Shown here: positions 38,892-48,692 of the stretch, piece by piece
Numbering within the stretch: position 1 is the stretch's first letter
Layout: each line of letters begins with the position of its first letter
DNA from: Chlorobiota bacterium
GTDB taxonomy: Bacteria; Bacteroidota; Bacteroidia; Bacteroidales; JAADGE01
DNA: 64,000 nt
Assembly: GCA_013152535.1 (NCBI GenBank)
Contig: JAADGE010000009.1
Span: forward strand, 1,570-65,569
Direction: 5' to 3'
The notes under the pieces: model-generated
The model's database searches: none
What the model saw: the letters and a program-made list of their open reading frames with translations, nothing else
What the model was told of the DNA's origin: nothing
Program-made: the position numbers and the translations under genes

Positions 38892-39302
38892 ATGATTTAT
38901 CAAAAAGAAATTATAGTCCCTTCTTTAAAAAGAGGATTTCATTTAATAACAAATAATATTATTTCAGAGTTACCGGATTTACCGAGAACAGGCTTGCTTA
39001 ATATTTTTATAAAACATACTTCTGCCGGTTTAACTTTGAACGAAAATGCTGATTATACCGTACGTGAAGATTTTGAAAAAGTATTTAATAAAATTGTTCC
39101 GGAAAATAAATCTTATTATTCACATACTTTTGAAGGTGCCGATGATTTGCCTGCTCATATAAAAGCAAGTCTGTTAGGTAATTCTGTTACAATTCCCATT
39201 ACTGAAAGTTCTTTAAATCTCGGAACATGGCAGGGTATTTATTTGTGTGAATTCCGAAATTCCGGGGGCAGGCGAAAATTGATTTTAACAATTTATTCCT
39301 AA
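38892..39302 (+). CDS. YjbQ/UPF0047 family secondary thiamine-phosphate synthase enzyme
   Basis: 136 aa. HTSAGLTLNENADYTVREDFE and DDLPAHIKASLLG blocks. Confidence 0.75.
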   Translation: MIYQKEIIVPSLKRGFHLITNNIISELPDLPRTGLLNIFIKHTSAGLTLNENADYTVREDFEKVFNKIVPENKSYYSHTFEGADDLPAHIKASLLGNSVTIPITESSLNLGTWQGIYLCEFRNSGGRRKLILTIYS

Positions 39303-39365
39303 TAAAATAGTTATGCTTGCATAAATAAATTAAATTTTTTTAATTTAGCATCGCTAATTAAATAA

Positions 39366-40622
39366 ATGGATTTTTCAGATATAATAAAAGCTTTCGAAGA
39401 AAAATATCAATCAACGGAAATTGATTTAACCGATGAACTTCAATCTTCGGAGATTGAACAATTGGCTGAACAATTGTTCTTAAAAGCGACTTCTTCAGAG
39501 GATCTGAAAACTCTCGAAAAAGAAACCGCAAAAAATAAAAAAAAATACAGTATTTTAGTTTACTCGGCAATTAAGATTGCAATATCAAAAAAATATATTT
39601 CAGAAATTAAGCAAAGAGTTCATTTTACGATTGTTTTTGCTGTTTATAAAGAAAATAATCGAATTTTGACAAAAGAAGAACATCCGAACGGAGAAGATTT
39701 TTTAATTCGAAAAATTAAGCAATTAGAAAATCTTACCGGTAAGTTTCCGAATATTTCTTGGGATATGTTGGTTGTGGATGACGGATGCCCCGAGAACAGC
39801 GGTAAAATTGCAGAAAAAGTTTTAAAAGAAAGATATTCCGAAGATAATGTAAAGGTATTATACTTGCAGGATGCAATTGATAATAATTTAAAAATTGCAG
39901 ACGGATTGCAAACTGCCGATGACAGCAGAAAAGGCGGAGCTGTTGAATACGGGATGTGGTACGCAGCAGAACGAAATATAAAAAATCATATTATTATTTA
40001 TACCGATGCTGATTTATCAACACATTTGGGGCAAATCGGTTTATTGGCAGAACCTGTAATAAATGAAGGCAAATTTGCAGCTGTTGCCTCTCGAAGAGAA
40101 GATTTGTCGGTTGTTATTAAGAAAGGAACACGTGATAAACGCGGCAAACTTTTTATTTATTTGTGGAAGCGAATGATTCGCCGATTAAATTATATTACAG
40201 ATACACAATGCGGATTTAAAGCTTTTAAAGCTGATGTTGTAAGAAAAATAATTTTAAATAATATTGAAAAGAAATTTGCTTTTGATATTGAATTATTAAT
40301 AAAAACAGATATGCTTGAGAGAGAATCAATTGCTAAAGTTGCAATTGTTTGGATCGACAGTGAAGAAGAATCAACAACAACAGATTTGCAACCATACATT
40401 GAGATGTTAAAAGCTATTGCAGATATGTATTTTAAATATTTACCTGCAAACGCATTTTCGCATTCTTTTGCTTTCTTTGTAAAATCGTTAAACAAAGAAA
40501 AATGGGATATTCTTGTTAATCATATTCCTGAAGGAATATTGATTAAATCAGCTATTCATTATGATAAATATGATGAAATGAAAGTTCCTGCATTTCAAGA
40601 AATTATAGAAAAAAACAGATAA
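39366..40622 (+). CDS. family 2 glycosyltransferase (dolichyl-phosphate glucosyltransferase-like)
   Basis: FTIVFAVYKE...VVDDGCPENS...YTDADLS (DxD) GT-A fold motifs. Confidence 0.7.
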   Translation: MDFSDIIKAFEEKYQSTEIDLTDELQSSEIEQLAEQLFLKATSSEDLKTLEKETAKNKKKYSILVYSAIKIAISKKYISEIKQRVHFTIVFAVYKENNRILTKEEHPNGEDFLIRKIKQLENLTGKFPNISWDMLVVDDGCPENSGKIAEKVLKERYSEDNVKVLYLQDAIDNNLKIADGLQTADDSRKGGAVEYGMWYAAERNIKNHIIIYTDADLSTHLGQIGLLAEPVINEGKFAAVASRREDLSVVIKKGTRDKRGKLFIYLWKRMIRRLNYITDTQCGFKAFKADVVRKIILNNIEKKFAFDIELLIKTDMLERESIAKVAIVWIDSEEESTTTDLQPYIEMLKAIADMYFKYLPANAFSHSFAFFVKSLNKEKWDILVNHIPEGILIKSAIHYDKYDEMKVPAFQEIIEKNR

Positions 40623-40656
40623 TAAAATTAAATAAATTACTAAAAAACAGATTATT

Positions 40657-41799
40657 ATGGTAGATTTTTCATTGACAAAAGAACAACAGGCAGTAATTGA
40701 AAAATACAGAGATTTTGCTGAAAATGTTATTAAACCGGTTAGAGCAAAATACGATTTATCCGGTGAATTTCCGTGGGAAGTTGTAAAAAAAGCATATGAT
40801 GCCGGTTTAATGAATTCTCAAATACCGAAAAAATTCGGAGGAGAAGGATTAAATATTTTTGATGCTCAATTAGGCTCGGAAGAACTCGGAGCAGCTTGTG
40901 CCGGTATCGGTATCAGTATTGATGCAAATATGCTTGCTTTAACTCCGTGGGTAATTGCTGCGACTGATGACCAACTTAAAAAATTTATGGGAGAGATAGT
41001 TGAAAAGAAAGCTGCTGTAGCATATGCTTTAACAGAGCCTAATGCCGGTTCCGATGTAGCAGGAATTAAATCTAATGCTATTTTAAAAGGTGATAAATAT
41101 ATTTTAAACGGGCATAAACGCTTTATAACCAATGGTGAAGTTTCAACTTATATGACCGTATTTGCACAAGCAGATCCCGAAAGAGGAGCAAGGAGTTTAT
41201 CTTGTTTTATTGTCCCGACGGATGCTCCGGGTGTTGAAATTGTTTCTCGATTAGATAAAATGGGACAAAGAGGTTCCGTACAAAGTGAAATCAAATTTCA
41301 TGATGTTGAATTACCAAAAGGAAATATACTCGGAAGAGAAGGAGAGGGCTTTTTAATCGGAATGAAAACTTTTGACAGAACAAGAACCGGTGTTGCTGCA
41401 TTAAGTGTCGGTATTGCACGTTCGGCATTTGAAATTTCAAGAGATTGGGCAAAAAACAGAATTCAATTCGGGAAACCGGTAACGGCAAATCAAGGCGTTT
41501 CGTTTATGTTGGCAGAAATGGCAACCAAAGTGGAACTTGCCCGATTAATGACATGGAAAGCTGCTTGGTATTATGAACAAGGTCTTAAAACTCCCGGAAC
41601 TTATTCGGCAATGGCAAAATATTATGCTTCAGATGTTGCAATGGAAGTTACTACTGACGCTGTTCAAGTGATGGGCGGTGACGGTTATACAAGAAGCTTC
41701 GGTGTAGAAAAAATGATGCGCGATGCAAAATTATGTCAAATATATGAAGGTACTAATCAAGTTCAACGACTTGTTATTTCAAAAGGGATATTGAAATAA
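40657..41799 (+). CDS. acyl-CoA dehydrogenase
   Basis: 380 aa. YALTEPNAGSDVAG, FITNG and QIYEGTNQVQRLVI motifs. Confidence 0.9.
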   Translation: MVDFSLTKEQQAVIEKYRDFAENVIKPVRAKYDLSGEFPWEVVKKAYDAGLMNSQIPKKFGGEGLNIFDAQLGSEELGAACAGIGISIDANMLALTPWVIAATDDQLKKFMGEIVEKKAAVAYALTEPNAGSDVAGIKSNAILKGDKYILNGHKRFITNGEVSTYMTVFAQADPERGARSLSCFIVPTDAPGVEIVSRLDKMGQRGSVQSEIKFHDVELPKGNILGREGEGFLIGMKTFDRTRTGVAALSVGIARSAFEISRDWAKNRIQFGKPVTANQGVSFMLAEMATKVELARLMTWKAAWYYEQGLKTPGTYSAMAKYYASDVAMEVTTDAVQVMGGDGYTRSFGVEKMMRDAKLCQIYEGTNQVQRLVISKGILK

Positions 41800-41831
41800 T
41801 TATTCTTTCAAATACTAATGTTTTACTTAAT

Positions 41832-41867
41832 AAAAAAGTCGCACATTTTAATGTGCGACTTTTTTTA
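41832..41867. terminator. bidirectional Rho-independent terminator between convergent genes
   Basis: AGTCGCACAT TTTA ATGTGCGACT 10-bp stem flanked by A5 and T7 runs. Confidence 0.8.
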
Positions 41868-41886
41868 TCAGATTTCTTTACTAATT

Positions 41887-43527
41887 TTATTTTGCGACTT
41901 TTTCAAGTTTCTTCATAATAGAAAAAATAAATCCGGCAGCAATTATAGTTAATATAACAAAAATTAACCAAACCTGCCAAATTTGTATCCTTTCGTAGAA
42001 ATAACTTCCCACCCAAAGAAATAAGTTTCCTACGGCAGTTGTTCCGAGCCAAGCACCTTGCATAATTCCCTGATATTTAGGAGGTGATACTTTTGAAACA
42101 AAAGATAAACCCATAGGACTCAGGAATAATTCGGCAACGGTTAAAATAAAATAAGTGCTTATTAACCACTGTACACCTACACGAGGAGATTCCGGAGTTA
42201 AATCTTTAAATGCCGGTAAACTTAAAGAACCTATTAACATAACTAAAAATGCTGTCGATGTAAGTATCATTCCGATACCGATTTTTTTAGGTGTAGAAGA
42301 TTCTTTTTTTCGTTTTCTCTGCCAAGCAAATAATCCGACTACAATCGGTGTTAAAATAACAATAAATGCAGGATTAAAAGGTTGGAACAGTTCCGGTGAG
42401 AACGGATTAATATCTTTAAATGTAGTGTACATATAATAGGTTGCAGCAACACCGCCTATAAAAAATAATCCGCCGATAATTCTTCCTGTTTTTGAATTTC
42501 TTTTGCCTAAAAGTGTAATAAGACCGTAGAACCCGATAATCATAGACACCAGAGACCAAACGTTAAAGAGTAAAAAAGAACCTTTCCCGACTTCCTGAAC
42601 TGTATAATCTTTGGCAAATAATGTCATTGTTAATCCGTTTTGGTGAAATGACACCCAAAAGAAAATAACAACGGCAAAAACTAAGAAAAGAACTGTAAGG
42701 CGTTGTTTTGTTTCTTCTTTCGAAATTTCAATCACACGTTTTCCGCTGGCAATTTCTTTTTTAACATCAGGTAACATCTTTTTAAAGAAGACATAAACAA
42801 GGAATGAAAACACCATTGTTAAACCGGCGACTCCGAAAGCATAATTAAACCCGGTACTGTAAATTTCTAAGTAATGATGTGTCCAAGTAGCCAAATCCGT
42901 AATTGCAGTATGAGATACTTTATTTGCAATTGACTGCAAATCAATTTTTTCTACTGCAGTAAGAGTTCCTTCATTAAATTTATGGATTAGAGAAGGCAGC
43001 AAATCATTTCTTTCATATCCTTGTCGGTTTATGAACCAATTGATGATGCCCGAAGCAGCGTGCGGAGCAAATAAAGCACCTATGTTAATTCCCATATAAA
43101 AAACACTGAAAGCTGAATCTCTCAAATGCTCGTATTTTTCATTGTCATAAAGTTGACCGACAACAGCTTGAAGATTTCCTTTAAATAAGCCGTTTCCGAA
43201 TGCTATAACAAAAAGTGCAAAAATTGTAAAAGCCAAACCCAAACCCGGTAACGACATCAGTACATAACCGGCAAGCATCGTAATCAGTCCGATAAAAATA
43301 ACACCTTTATAATTTTTTGTTTTATCTGCAAAAATTCCTCCTACAAGTGCGAGACCATAGATTGAAGCATAAAAAATACTGTATATAATACCGGCTTTTG
43401 TGGGTGTTAAACCGTATTTTGCCGTAAGATAGTATACCAAAATACCCATCATAGTATAAAATCCGAAACGTTCGCCCATATTTGCAAAAAATGCAACATA
43501 TAATCCTTTTGGGTGACCTTTAAACAT
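41887..43527 (-). CDS. POT/PTR2 family di-/tripeptide:proton symporter
   Basis: GERFGFYTMMGIL (ExxERFxYY-type motif), GGIFADK, multiple TM segments, 546 aa. Confidence 0.85.
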   Translation of the reverse strand: MFKGHPKGLYVAFFANMGERFGFYTMMGILVYYLTAKYGLTPTKAGIIYSIFYASIYGLALVGGIFADKTKNYKGVIFIGLITMLAGYVLMSLPGLGLAFTIFALFVIAFGNGLFKGNLQAVVGQLYDNEKYEHLRDSAFSVFYMGINIGALFAPHAASGIINWFINRQGYERNDLLPSLIHKFNEGTLTAVEKIDLQSIANKVSHTAITDLATWTHHYLEIYSTGFNYAFGVAGLTMVFSFLVYVFFKKMLPDVKKEIASGKRVIEISKEETKQRLTVLFLVFAVVIFFWVSFHQNGLTMTLFAKDYTVQEVGKGSFLLFNVWSLVSMIIGFYGLITLLGKRNSKTGRIIGGLFFIGGVAATYYMYTTFKDINPFSPELFQPFNPAFIVILTPIVVGLFAWQRKRKKESSTPKKIGIGMILTSTAFLVMLIGSLSLPAFKDLTPESPRVGVQWLISTYFILTVAELFLSPMGLSFVSKVSPPKYQGIMQGAWLGTTAVGNLFLWVGSYFYERIQIWQVWLIFVILTIIAAGFIFSIMKKLEKVAK

Positions 43528-43620
43528 AATATTTTATTTATATGGTTAATAAAAATTTATCTTTACAAAAATAGAAATAAAAATTAATTTCGTGCATTCT
43601 TGAAAAATTACTTATATAAA

Positions 43621-43648
43621 TAAAAAAAGTCCTCAAAAAGAGGACTTT
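43621..43648 (-). terminator. Rho-independent terminator of the sulfur-cluster operon
   Basis: AAAGTCCTC AAAAA GAGGACTTT stem-loop. On the minus strand it is followed by T7. Confidence 0.7.
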
Positions 43649-43670
43649 AATTTTACGGAAATGATTGGAA

Positions 43671-44174
43671 TTAAGTAAAAATTATCTGAGTTTGTAATCC
43701 GTCAGCCATTTCGTAAAATTCCCCGATGGTAATTATGTTTTTTACTTCATCAACCAAATCTTCTCTTTTTAATTTAAACATATCAACAGCCAATTTACAA
43801 GCAAAGATTTCACCGCCGCCGGCAACAATCATCTCCAGAAATTCATCAATTCGCGGAATGTCTAAGTCTTCAATTTGTTTTTTCATCATTGCCGATACAC
43901 CGGCTTCAACTCCGGGGATACTTCCGAGCCAAGTCGGAAACGGTAATCCTCCGGGCATTCTCATAGCCGGATTTCCGACGGCTGCCGTATGTAATTTATT
44001 CATACGTTTTTTTGTGATACCGTCTAATCCGAAAAAGGTAAAAAATACTTTTGTTTCAATACCTTCCATTACGGCACCGTTTGCCATAACTAATGTTGCA
44101 AGCACATCTTCTAATGAGCCTTTTGCACAAATCATTAATACCTTTTTTAAAGGGTGTTTAACTTCTTCTGCCAT
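43671..44174 (-). CDS. DsrE/DsrF/DrsH-like family protein
   Basis: 167 aa. KVLMICAKGSLEDV...FFTFFGL...EIFACKLAVDMF matches the DsrE-2-type proteins. Confidence 0.65.
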   Translation of the reverse strand: MAEEVKHPLKKVLMICAKGSLEDVLATLVMANGAVMEGIETKVFFTFFGLDGITKKRMNKLHTAAVGNPAMRMPGGLPFPTWLGSIPGVEAGVSAMMKKQIEDLDIPRIDEFLEMIVAGGGEIFACKLAVDMFKLKREDLVDEVKNIITIGEFYEMADGLQTQIIFT

Positions 44175-44197
44175 AATTTTAGTTTTTTAATGTATAA

Positions 44198-44509
44198 TTA
44201 AACGCAACTTGAGGGTTTTGAAACACCGGCATATAATGTTGCTTTTTTTAACGGTGCACCCGGAAATAATTTATAAAATCCTTTAATGTCTGTGATACCG
44301 GATTTTCCGATTGATCGTATCGTCAGACTTTCTCCGGATTTTATTTTTTTTCTGATAAATTCTAGGACTTCAAAGTGCTTATCGGTCAGTTCTTCACCGT
44401 TTTCTTTTGCCATTTCTTTTGCCATTTCTTTGGTCCATTGATCCGGATTTGTAAAATAACCGTTATCATCTAATTCAATCACTTTTCCTGCATATTCTTT
44501 TTGTACCAT
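44198..44509 (-). CDS. TusE/DsrC/DsvC family sulfur relay protein
   Basis: 103 aa. LTDKHFEVLEFIRKKI HTH-like core and a C-terminal arm ending KPSSCV (penultimate Cys). Confidence 0.7.
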   Translation of the reverse strand: MVQKEYAGKVIELDDNGYFTNPDQWTKEMAKEMAKENGEELTDKHFEVLEFIRKKIKSGESLTIRSIGKSGITDIKGFYKLFPGAPLKKATLYAGVSKPSSCV

Positions 44510-44534
44510 AATTTTTAATTTTACTGGTTATTAA

Positions 44535-45218
44535 TTAATTATTTTTTTCTTTATTCATAGTTGTTGTAAGATTTTTTAAGAATGTAATCATAAATCCGAT
44601 ACTTTTTTTCATTTCGGGAGTTTGCATAGTTCTGAAAGCTTTCCACATAGAGTATTCCGGAATATTTTCGGTATCCATACTTTTGAAAACCGTAAGTGCA
44701 TTATTTATTGCACCCATCATATCCGGTTGTGTCAGATTTTTAACTGTTTCAAGAATTGAAACAATATTATCTGCCAAATCTCTTACATCTTTTGTCGAAA
44801 AGTGTGTTACTATATTATCGCTGATACTCATAAGTTCTTTAAAGAAATCTAAATAACCTTTTTCTTCAAATTCCGAAAATTTTGCAATAGCATCAAGTCC
44901 TACTTGGTTTATAATCGGGGATACATCTTTCATAAAATCCGTAACACTTTCGAGTGAGTCCATCATTTGGTTGAATGTACCGATATTTCTGACAAGTTTT
45001 ATTAACAGTGCCGTAAGAGCTTCGCCGTCGAAATCAACTCCGGCCTGGTCTAAAACCGTTACGGTATGAGCAAACATATCCTTACCGACAATTGAAACAT
45101 CCTTTATCAAATCTTCTTTTTCAATTCTGCTGTTTCTTTGAGCAAACATTTCTTCAAGAATGATATCCATTTTGCGGTTTAAATCATTTATTTGCTCTTG
45201 AATATTGTTATCTGACAT
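44535..45218 (-). CDS. DUF1641 domain-containing protein
   Basis: 227 aa helical protein. The repeated helical layout and its position next to an SQR-like flavoprotein are typical of DUF1641. The assignment is contextual. Confidence 0.5.
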   Translation of the reverse strand: MSDNNIQEQINDLNRKMDIILEEMFAQRNSRIEKEDLIKDVSIVGKDMFAHTVTVLDQAGVDFDGEALTALLIKLVRNIGTFNQMMDSLESVTDFMKDVSPIINQVGLDAIAKFSEFEEKGYLDFFKELMSISDNIVTHFSTKDVRDLADNIVSILETVKNLTQPDMMGAINNALTVFKSMDTENIPEYSMWKAFRTMQTPEMKKSIGFMITFLKNLTTTMNKEKNN

Positions 45219-45248
45219 ATTATTTGTGTTTAAGATTAAATAAATGAA

Positions 45249-46478
45249 TTATACTTCTTTACCTGCCATATACATTTCTGAAGGAATCGGCATTTCTTTT
45301 CCTTTCAGTAAGATGTGCCAATACATCCAACGGAACATCAGTTTACCGTAATGATTCATTCTGGTTTCTTTTAATAATCCGAAAGGACCTATGCCGGGGA
45401 AAGGGAATGATCCGGGTAAGGGTTCTGTATCATAATTAAAATCAATGAGTGCTCCCATTCCGTGGCCTGTTTCGATGTAACAGTTTGAGTGCCCGTCAAA
45501 TTTTGCGGTTAACGGTCTTCCTTCAATTGCACACATAAGATTTTCGGTAACGACTTCAGATGCAAAATGCACGACAGAACCTGCTTTAGAAGTAGGAAGG
45601 TTTGCCGAATCTCCGATAACGAAAATATTATCAAATTTTGTTGAATTAAGATGAAATTTATCTGTTAAAACAAAATTCATATCATCTCCTAATCCGCTTC
45701 TTTTAACCATGCTGTCACCCATGTGTACGGGAATGGTAACAAGACAATCAAACGGAACTTCTTTTTCATCGTATGAACGAATAACTTTTTTATCATTATC
45801 AACACTTTCCAAATAAAAGTCGGGAACAACGTTAATGTTTTTTTCTTTTAACATACCTCCCAAAACTTTTGATGCTCTGGGTTTTGTGAATGCCCCTTCC
45901 ATTGGTGTAACAAATGTAATGTTGACTTTGTCGCGTATGCCTCTGTCAATAAAAAAAGCATCTGCAAACATAACAAATTCCAGGGGTGCAACCGGGCATT
46001 TAATAGGATTATCAGCAATGTTCAGAACCAATTCACCGCCTTTCCAAGTTTTGAAAAATTCGGCTAATGCCATTGCCCCTTCAATGGTATAAAAATCAAA
46101 CACATTTTTGTGCCATAATTTATCTTTTAATCCCGGTGTTTCTTCAGGAACAATTCGAACCCCTGTTGAAATTACTAAAAAATCATAATTTAAGACTTCT
46201 CCGTCTTGTAAAATAACTTTATTGTTGTCTCCGTCAACTTTATCAATCTTCGACTGAATAAAATTTACACCAATCGGAATAAAGTCTGATTTTGATTTTA
46301 TAACATCTTGTTTTGTGTAAAAACCAAACGGGATAAATAGAAATCCGGGTTGGTAATAATGTGTTTTGAATTGATCAATTATAGTAATCTCCCATTCATC
46401 TCTTTCAAGAACTTTTCGCATTTTATTTGCCATTATTGTTCCGCCGGTTCCGGCACCTAATATCAGAAGTTTTTTCAT
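45249..46478 (-). CDS. NAD(P)/FAD-dependent oxidoreductase, sulfide:quinone oxidoreductase-like
   Basis: KLLILGAGTGGTIMANKM dinucleotide fold, IFVIGDSANLPTSKAG second FAD motif, 409 aa. Confidence 0.7.
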   Translation of the reverse strand: MKKLLILGAGTGGTIMANKMRKVLERDEWEITIIDQFKTHYYQPGFLFIPFGFYTKQDVIKSKSDFIPIGVNFIQSKIDKVDGDNNKVILQDGEVLNYDFLVISTGVRIVPEETPGLKDKLWHKNVFDFYTIEGAMALAEFFKTWKGGELVLNIADNPIKCPVAPLEFVMFADAFFIDRGIRDKVNITFVTPMEGAFTKPRASKVLGGMLKEKNINVVPDFYLESVDNDKKVIRSYDEKEVPFDCLVTIPVHMGDSMVKRSGLGDDMNFVLTDKFHLNSTKFDNIFVIGDSANLPTSKAGSVVHFASEVVTENLMCAIEGRPLTAKFDGHSNCYIETGHGMGALIDFNYDTEPLPGSFPFPGIGPFGLLKETRMNHYGKLMFRWMYWHILLKGKEMPIPSEMYMAGKEV

Positions 46479-46509
46479 CTTTATTTATTATTTTAAAATT
46501 AATACACGG

Positions 46510-46517
46510 CAAAGGTA
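46510..46517 (-). promoter_or_regulatory. -7 box TAccTTTG for the SQR-like operon
   Basis: Reverse complement of CAAAGGTA. About 32 nt upstream of the ATG at 46478. Confidence 0.45.
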
Positions 46518-46572
46518 TATATTAATAAAACTGTCCGGATATTTATATGTGTTTTTAATAGCATAAATAACA

Positions 46573-46586
46573 TTGTTATATAACAA
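46573..46586. promoter_or_regulatory. perfect 14-bp palindrome TTGTTATATAACAA (5-4-5 FNR/CRP-type box)
   Basis: Self-complementary over all 14 nt. Lies between the divergent SQR-like operon and the Crp/Fnr gene. Confidence 0.5.
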
Positions 46587-46615
46587 AAAAAGTTATGATG
46601 ACAGATAAAAATTAT

Positions 46616-46623
46616 TATATTTG
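46616..46623 (+). promoter_or_regulatory. -7 box TAtaTTTG for the Crp/Fnr gene
   Basis: Exact TAnnTTTG match 18 nt upstream of the ATG at 46641. Confidence 0.45.
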
Positions 46624-46640
46624 CAGAAAAATAAAATAAA

Positions 46641-47330
46641 ATGGCTAAAATATCTAAACCTCAAAGTTGTTTACAGTGTCCTTACAAATGGAAATATTTG
46701 AATTTGTTAGAAGATGCAGATATAGAATCAATTCAAAATAACTGTACGATTATTAATTTTAAAAAAGGAGAAACAATTTGCAAGCAGGGAACAGATGCAA
46801 CACATGCTTTGTATTTGGCGAAAGGTACGGTAAAATTATATATTGAAGGGAAGAAAAATCTCATTTTAAAATTAATAAAAGCCGGAGAATATATTGATTT
46901 GCAGACATTGTTCGGCGACAAAACATATAAATATTCTATTGCAGCAATGGATGATACGATGGTTTGTATGATAAATTCCGATCATTTAAGGGGTTTGGCA
47001 CAAAAAAATTCTGCTTATTTATATGAGCTGACTAAAACAATAAGTAATTCCGGAAATTATTTCTATAAAAAAATCAGTGATATCAGCAGAAAACATTTAA
47101 GAGGCAGATTGGCAGATACTTTGCTTTATTTAGCTGATGAAATTTATAATTCTAAAGAATTTAATATCGGGATGACGCGTAAAGAGTTAGCGGAACTTTC
47201 TTCAATGTCGATGGAAAATGCCGTAAGGATTTTATCTGAATTTAAAGCTGACAAAGTTATTGCAATAAACGGTAAAAAAATGACTGTTTTACAATATGAT
47301 ATTTTAAAGAAATTGAGTGATATCGGATAA
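46641..47330 (+). CDS. Crp/Fnr family transcriptional regulator
   Basis: cNMP-binding-like beta-roll (FKKGETICKQGTDATHALYLAKGTVKLY) and a C-terminal HTH (MTRKELAELSSMSMENAVRILSEF). The N-terminus carries CLQC. Confidence 0.85.
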   Translation: MAKISKPQSCLQCPYKWKYLNLLEDADIESIQNNCTIINFKKGETICKQGTDATHALYLAKGTVKLYIEGKKNLILKLIKAGEYIDLQTLFGDKTYKYSIAAMDDTMVCMINSDHLRGLAQKNSAYLYELTKTISNSGNYFYKKISDISRKHLRGRLADTLLYLADEIYNSKEFNIGMTRKELAELSSMSMENAVRILSEFKADKVIAINGKKMTVLQYDILKKLSDIG

Positions 47331-47378
47331 AAAAAAGCCGCAAAATATTGCGACTTCTTAAAACAGGTATTGAAAAAA

Positions 47379-48692
47379 TTATTGGTTTCGAAGGTACAGT
47401 AAAGTTAAATTACCGGTTTTCTTAAAAAGTTTGCCGTCTTCAAATTTTCCGCTGCATTCCCAAACATATACTTCTGAAGATGCGGGAGAATTTTTGTAAA
47501 AACCGTTCCAGCCAATATTTATATCGGTACTTTCAAAAATTAAAGTTCCGTATTTATTAAAAATTCTGAGACGGTATTTTGAAACTTCAGTGTTTACAAC
47601 AGGGTGGAAAATGGTATTCGTATAAGAAGAATTTTTCCAGTATCCGTTATTTTGACCGCTTTTATCCGGACTGAAAGCCGTAGGAAAATTGATTTTATAT
47701 TTTAAATCTTGTATCGACACATTACTTATGTATGCTGTATCGGCACATCTTTTATCTGAAATACTAATTAATGAAACTTTATAATTGCCTGCATTTTCAT
47801 ATGTGTGTTCAGGGTTTGTGTATGCAGAAGTATTGTTATCTCCGAAATTCCAAATGCACTTGGAATAACCCGAACTGTTATTTAAGAATATTATTTTATC
47901 ATTATTGTACAAGTTTTTATTCTTATTTCCGATTTCAAAATCGGCATTAGGTTTAGGATAAATTGTAATTTTTTTACTCATAAAATCAGAAACACTGCCG
48001 GAAGTTACGGTAAGCGTAACAGTATATGTTCCGGCAGTACTGAACACAAAAGTCGGATTTTTTTGAGATGAAGTTTTTCCGTTTCCGAAATTCCAATGAA
48101 ACGAGTCGCAATTTTCGGATTCATTTAAAAATGTAATTGCGGCAGGTTCACAAGCACTTTCAGTACTTACTGAGAATTCGGAATGAGGTTCGGCTAATTT
48201 CACATTTATTTTCCCCTCGTTGTTTGATTTTAATTCTGAATTTGTGTAATTTTCTTTCAGAAGATTGCCGGAAATAACTTCAATTTCGTTTTTGTCCGAA
48301 ATTTGATTTTCTGATTTATTATTAAAAGCATTATTAATTTGAGTTATCTTTTTTTCGGTATTTGTTTTTTCTGCAGTTTCTTTTTTGTCATCGGTAATTA
48401 CAATTGATTTATTTCTGATATTATTGTCTGTAATAACATTTTTAACTGTTTTTTCAGTTAAAAGGTTTTTTGTAATTTTATGTGTCGTATTTTGCGTAAT
48501 TAAAATTGTTGAAGTAATTATTGCAGTAATCCCAATAATATTCCATAAGTTTAAACTTAAGGGTTTATACTTTAAAAAGCGCTTAAAAATCATTTTTCGC
48601 TCAATCTTTTTCCAGACAGAACTCGGCGGAGTTTGTTTGAATGATTCAAATTGATTCTTGAATATATTTTCTGTATTTTCTTTACTTGACAT
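47379..48692 (-). CDS. membrane-anchored protein with two PKD domains and a T9SS type B (gliding-motility-associated) C-terminal domain; putative ECF partner
   Basis: TM segment LWNIIGITAIITSTILI. PKD cores WNFGNGKTSSQKNPTFVFSTAGTYTVTLTV and WNFGDNNTSAYTNPEHTYENAGNYKVSLI. C-terminal FPTAFSPDKSG...LRIFNKYGTLIFES...GWNG...EVYVWE. Overlaps the sigma gene by 11 nt. Confidence 0.65.
   Translation of the reverse strand: MSSKENTENIFKNQFESFKQTPPSSVWKKIERKMIFKRFLKYKPLSLNLWNIIGITAIITSTILITQNTTHKITKNLLTEKTVKNVITDNNIRNKSIVITDDKKETAEKTNTEKKITQINNAFNNKSENQISDKNEIEVISGNLLKENYTNSELKSNNEGKINVKLAEPHSEFSVSTESACEPAAITFLNESENCDSFHWNFGNGKTSSQKNPTFVFSTAGTYTVTLTVTSGSVSDFMSKKITIYPKPNADFEIGNKNKNLYNNDKIIFLNNSSGYSKCIWNFGDNNTSAYTNPEHTYENAGNYKVSLISISDKRCADTAYISNVSIQDLKYKINFPTAFSPDKSGQNNGYWKNSSYTNTIFHPVVNTEVSKYRLRIFNKYGTLIFESTDINIGWNGFYKNSPASSEVYVWECSGKFEDGKLFKKTGNLTLLYLRNQ

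Noticed and set aside
43726-44190. 154-aa plus-strand ORF almost exactly mirroring the DsrE-like gene
   Set aside because: The minus-strand product has the family pattern and operon context. The plus-strand product is a featureless S/I/N-rich sequence with no promoter or partner genes.
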